From NCBI GenBank assembly GCA_034722435.1, contig JAYENX010000010.1, positions 1 through 46,830 of the forward strand: a stretch of 46,830 bases of DNA, read 5' to 3'. Shown in pieces: positions 44,971-46,830 of this stretch. This DNA is from Nanobdellota archaeon. GTDB lineage: Archaea > Nanobdellota > Nanobdellia > Woesearchaeales > JAHWHD01. Position numbers and translations under genes: made by a program. Numbering within the stretch: the stretch's first letter is position 1; the number at the start of each line of letters is the position of its first letter. Below the pieces are notes generated by a model. It was not told the origin of the DNA. It searched no databases and was given only the letters and a program-made list of their open reading frames with translations.

Positions 44971-45144
44971 TTATGCTTTAATTTTGTTACGTCTCCAAGA
45001 TCTTTTAATGGCTGTATGTCTTCCAGGATGGACCTTTCTACCTTGACCGTACTTTTTAGGGACTGTCCAGAAAGGTGCCCATTTAGTCTGTTTACCTTTT
45101 TTAATCAGTCTTTTCTTTTTTGAAAGGTCTTTGTATCTTGCCAT
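44971..45144 (-). CDS. rpl39e: Ribosomal protein eL39 (57 aa), not in the ORF track
   Basis: MARYKDLSKKKRLIKKGKQTKWAPFW..RSWRRNKIKA; conserved position between the PDCD5-like gene and eL31. Confidence 0.88.
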   Translation of the reverse strand: MARYKDLSKKKRLIKKGKQTKWAPFWTVPKKYGQGRKVHPGRHTAIKRSWRRNKIKA

Positions 45145-45146
45145 TT

Positions 45147-45455
45147 TTATTGTCTCGTGATTTTGAATTCTCTTTTGGGAGGTTGCATCCTTTGTAGTAT
45201 GTCTTTCAATTGTTTATCATCAATCATTGGTAGTTTACCAGTTTGAATGATTTGCGCTAACAATGTGAGCGCCTGCACGGCCTTTTCAGGGTGTGCAGCT
45301 TTTAAGTTTCCATATCTTGATAATGCTTCTTTTGTCAAGTGTTGTCTAACGAACTGTTCAAGAGTTGAGATTTGTTGATTGAATTCTTCAACTTCTTTTT
45401 GTTGTTGCTGTAATTGTTCTAGTCGTTTATGTCTTAACTCTTCAAGTTCATTCAT
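45147..45455 (-). CDS. PDCD5-like dsDNA-binding protein
   Basis: ELEELRHKRL, LTKEALSRYGNLK..PEKA, IDDKQLKDIL; follows eS19. Confidence 0.9.
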   Translation of the reverse strand: MNELEELRHKRLEQLQQQQKEVEEFNQQISTLEQFVRQHLTKEALSRYGNLKAAHPEKAVQALTLLAQIIQTGKLPMIDDKQLKDILQRMQPPKREFKITRQ

Positions 45456-46047
45456 TTTTAGGAGTTTCTATAGTCTCTTTCTTAGGTTCTGGTTTGGTCT
45501 CCTTTTTTGTTTCTTTAACTTCAACTTTTTTTTCTTCTTTAGGTGTTTCTTTTTTCTCTTCAACAGGTTTTGTTTCTTTTTTTGAAGTCTCTTTAGGTTC
45601 TTCTGTAATGAGAGATTTTTTCTTACCTTTAGTAAGTTGAACTGCAATTTTATCAAGGATTGATTTTCCTTTTGGAGCTATACTTCTACCTTTATGTCCT
45701 TTTATTTCAACTTGTTTAGCTAGTTCAGCTGTTTCAAGTTGTTGTAATATTTTTCTGATTATGCTTCCAGATGCAATAAAAAATTTGTCCGGTTTATGGC
45801 CTCGATTTTTTCTGCCACCATAGTATTTTCTTAATTTTGATACGCCGATTGGGCCGTATTTGTATAATTTTCTTAGAATTGATGCTGATCTCATAAACCA
45901 CCAGTCACTTCTTGCAGGAGGTCTTTCTCTGCTGCTACCTGTTTTAACGAATTTTGCCCATTCAGGTGGCTGTAGTTCTGGAATTTTAGCTAGTTCTATA
46001 GCTGCTTTTTCTATAAGTTCATTTGGATCTGCGTCGTAAATAACCAT
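45448..46047 (-). CDS. rps19e: Ribosomal protein eS19 with a Glu/Lys-rich C-terminal extension
   Basis: PEWAKFVKTG..RPP..DWWFMRSASILRK..GPIGV..SGSIIRKILQQLE. Confidence 0.96.
   Translation of the reverse strand: MVIYDADPNELIEKAAIELAKIPELQPPEWAKFVKTGSSRERPPARSDWWFMRSASILRKLYKYGPIGVSKLRKYYGGRKNRGHKPDKFFIASGSIIRKILQQLETAELAKQVEIKGHKGRSIAPKGKSILDKIAVQLTKGKKKSLITEEPKETSKKETKPVEEKKETPKEEKKVEVKETKKETKPEPKKETIETPKNE
45531..45578. repeat. 48-nt segment identical to 44524-44571, in the eS19 tail
   Basis: Exact match; encodes ETKPVEEKKETPKEE in both proteins. Confidence 0.85.
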
Positions 46048-46062
46048 TTAATCACCTAATAT

Positions 46063-46099
46063 GTCGCTCCTTGCGGAACTAGACTACCTATTGCTAGGT
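46063..46099 (-). ncRNA. Candidate structured 5' leader of the rps19e operon (two GCAA-tetraloop hairpins)
   Basis: ACCUA-GCAA-UAGGU and GUC(UA)GUUCC-GCAA-GGAGC-GAC between TATA 46123-46130 and the AGGTGA RBS. Confidence 0.5.
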
Positions 46100-46122
46100 T
46101 ATATTGAAGGAGAAAAGGGTTG

Positions 46123-46130
46123 TTTATAAA
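46123..46130 (-). promoter_or_regulatory. TATA box for the rps19e operon
   Basis: TTTATAAA, about 24 nt before the first leader hairpin. Confidence 0.55.
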
Positions 46131-46131
46131 G

Positions 46132-46782
46132 TTATCTATTTTCAAAGGATTCTATCTCAGGGAGAATATCTTGAATGTCTTTACCCGAGATAACAGAGTT
46201 GCAGTATTTTAAAATTTCTTCATTTATGGGGTTAAAAGCGATTGCAAAGCCGGCAGTTTTTGCCATCTTGACATCGTTAGTATCGTGTACAACAACGATT
46301 ACATCTTTAAGGTCAATATTATGTATTGTGCACAGTTCTCTTAGTGCTTCTGCTTTATTTCCTGCTCTAATTGGCCAATTATCCATATCAATTGACCCTG
46401 TAACTTTACCATCTTTAATCTCGAGAGTGTTAGTATAAATAAAGTCAATGCCCAACTCTTTTTGTGCTCTTTCTGCTAAAGTTTTAGAGCCTGAAGAGAT
46501 AATGGCTATCTTGAAACCTTTTTCTTTTAATGTTGTAATGGTTTGAACTACTCCTGGCATGTAATTTTGTTTCTTAATTAGTTCGTAGAATTTTTCTGCG
46601 GGTTTATTCTTCCAGAGTCTGCCTATAACTTCTTTGACTAGAGTTTCGTAGTTTGTATAAAGGTATGTTTCTGTTAAAACTTTGCCTTCTTCTAAAGTAT
46701 CAAATTCTTTATGTAGTTCTAGCCAGAAATTGGAATGTTCAAATATCATGCCGTCCATGTCAAAGCAGATTAGTTTTGTCAT
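46132..46782 (-). CDS. HAD-superfamily phosphatase (phosphoserine phosphatase-like)
   Basis: FDMDG (motif I), ISSG (II), NK (III), HDTND (IV variant). Confidence 0.85.
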   Translation of the reverse strand: MTKLICFDMDGMIFEHSNFWLELHKEFDTLEEGKVLTETYLYTNYETLVKEVIGRLWKNKPAEKFYELIKKQNYMPGVVQTITTLKEKGFKIAIISSGSKTLAERAQKELGIDFIYTNTLEIKDGKVTGSIDMDNWPIRAGNKAEALRELCTIHNIDLKDVIVVVHDTNDVKMAKTAGFAIAFNPINEEILKYCNSVISGKDIQDILPEIESFENR

Positions 46783-46830
46783 AAGTTTTTGTTTTTTAGA
46801 GAGTTTATATAGTTTATTAATATCTTCTAA

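Noticed and set aside
1-46830. tRNA, rRNA, CRISPR arrays, transposases, integrases, prophage
   Set aside because: No T-loop/cloverleaf, rRNA-like GC-rich tract, regularly spaced repeats or mobile-element proteins were seen by eye; a tRNAscan-SE/Infernal run would be needed to exclude atypical RNAs

Overview
AT-rich, gene-dense archaeal chromosome segment. Archaeal markers include TBP, aCPSF1, proteasome alpha/beta, exosome Rrp4/41/42, Pop5, Rpo6, Cbf5, eL31/eL39/eS19, TTTATATA-type TATA boxes and GGAGG/GAGGTG ribosome-binding sites. Gene content and the acidic surface protein suggest a DPANN (Woesearchaeales-like) organism; this is an inference. I saw no rRNA, tRNA, CRISPR array, transposase or integrase. 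Housekeeping blocks alternate with accessory blocks: a DUF134/NifX/ferredoxin-ATPase/TrmO operon, an RNA-helicase/cold-shock region, and an anaerobe-type oxidative/nitrosative defence cluster (superoxide reductase, ferritin-like proteins, HxlR regulator, short Hcp, CcdA-like protein). Best leads, read directly from the sequence and missing from the ORF track: (1) a tightly coupled operon of three tiny CxxC...CxxC zinc-ribbon proteins (12848-13366), plus an apparent decayed paralogue of the smallest one as a 41-codon uORF that stops inside the ribosome-binding region of the cold-shock gene (16898-17023); (2) a shared palindrome ATGMAT-W4-ATKCAT just downstream of the TATA box of both DUF134 operons (5239-5254 and 32963-32978), a candidate operator for an uncharacterised regulator family; (3) a divergent RtcB-fold enzyme with altered metal ligands; (4) an inverted-repeat-bounded, direct-repeat-flanked ~125 bp structured element at 23542-23692; (5) a two-GNRA-hairpin leader upstream of the eS19 operon; (6) a 48-nt perfect duplication shared by the C-terminal tails of eL31 and eS19. 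All family assignments come from motif recognition by eye, not database searches.
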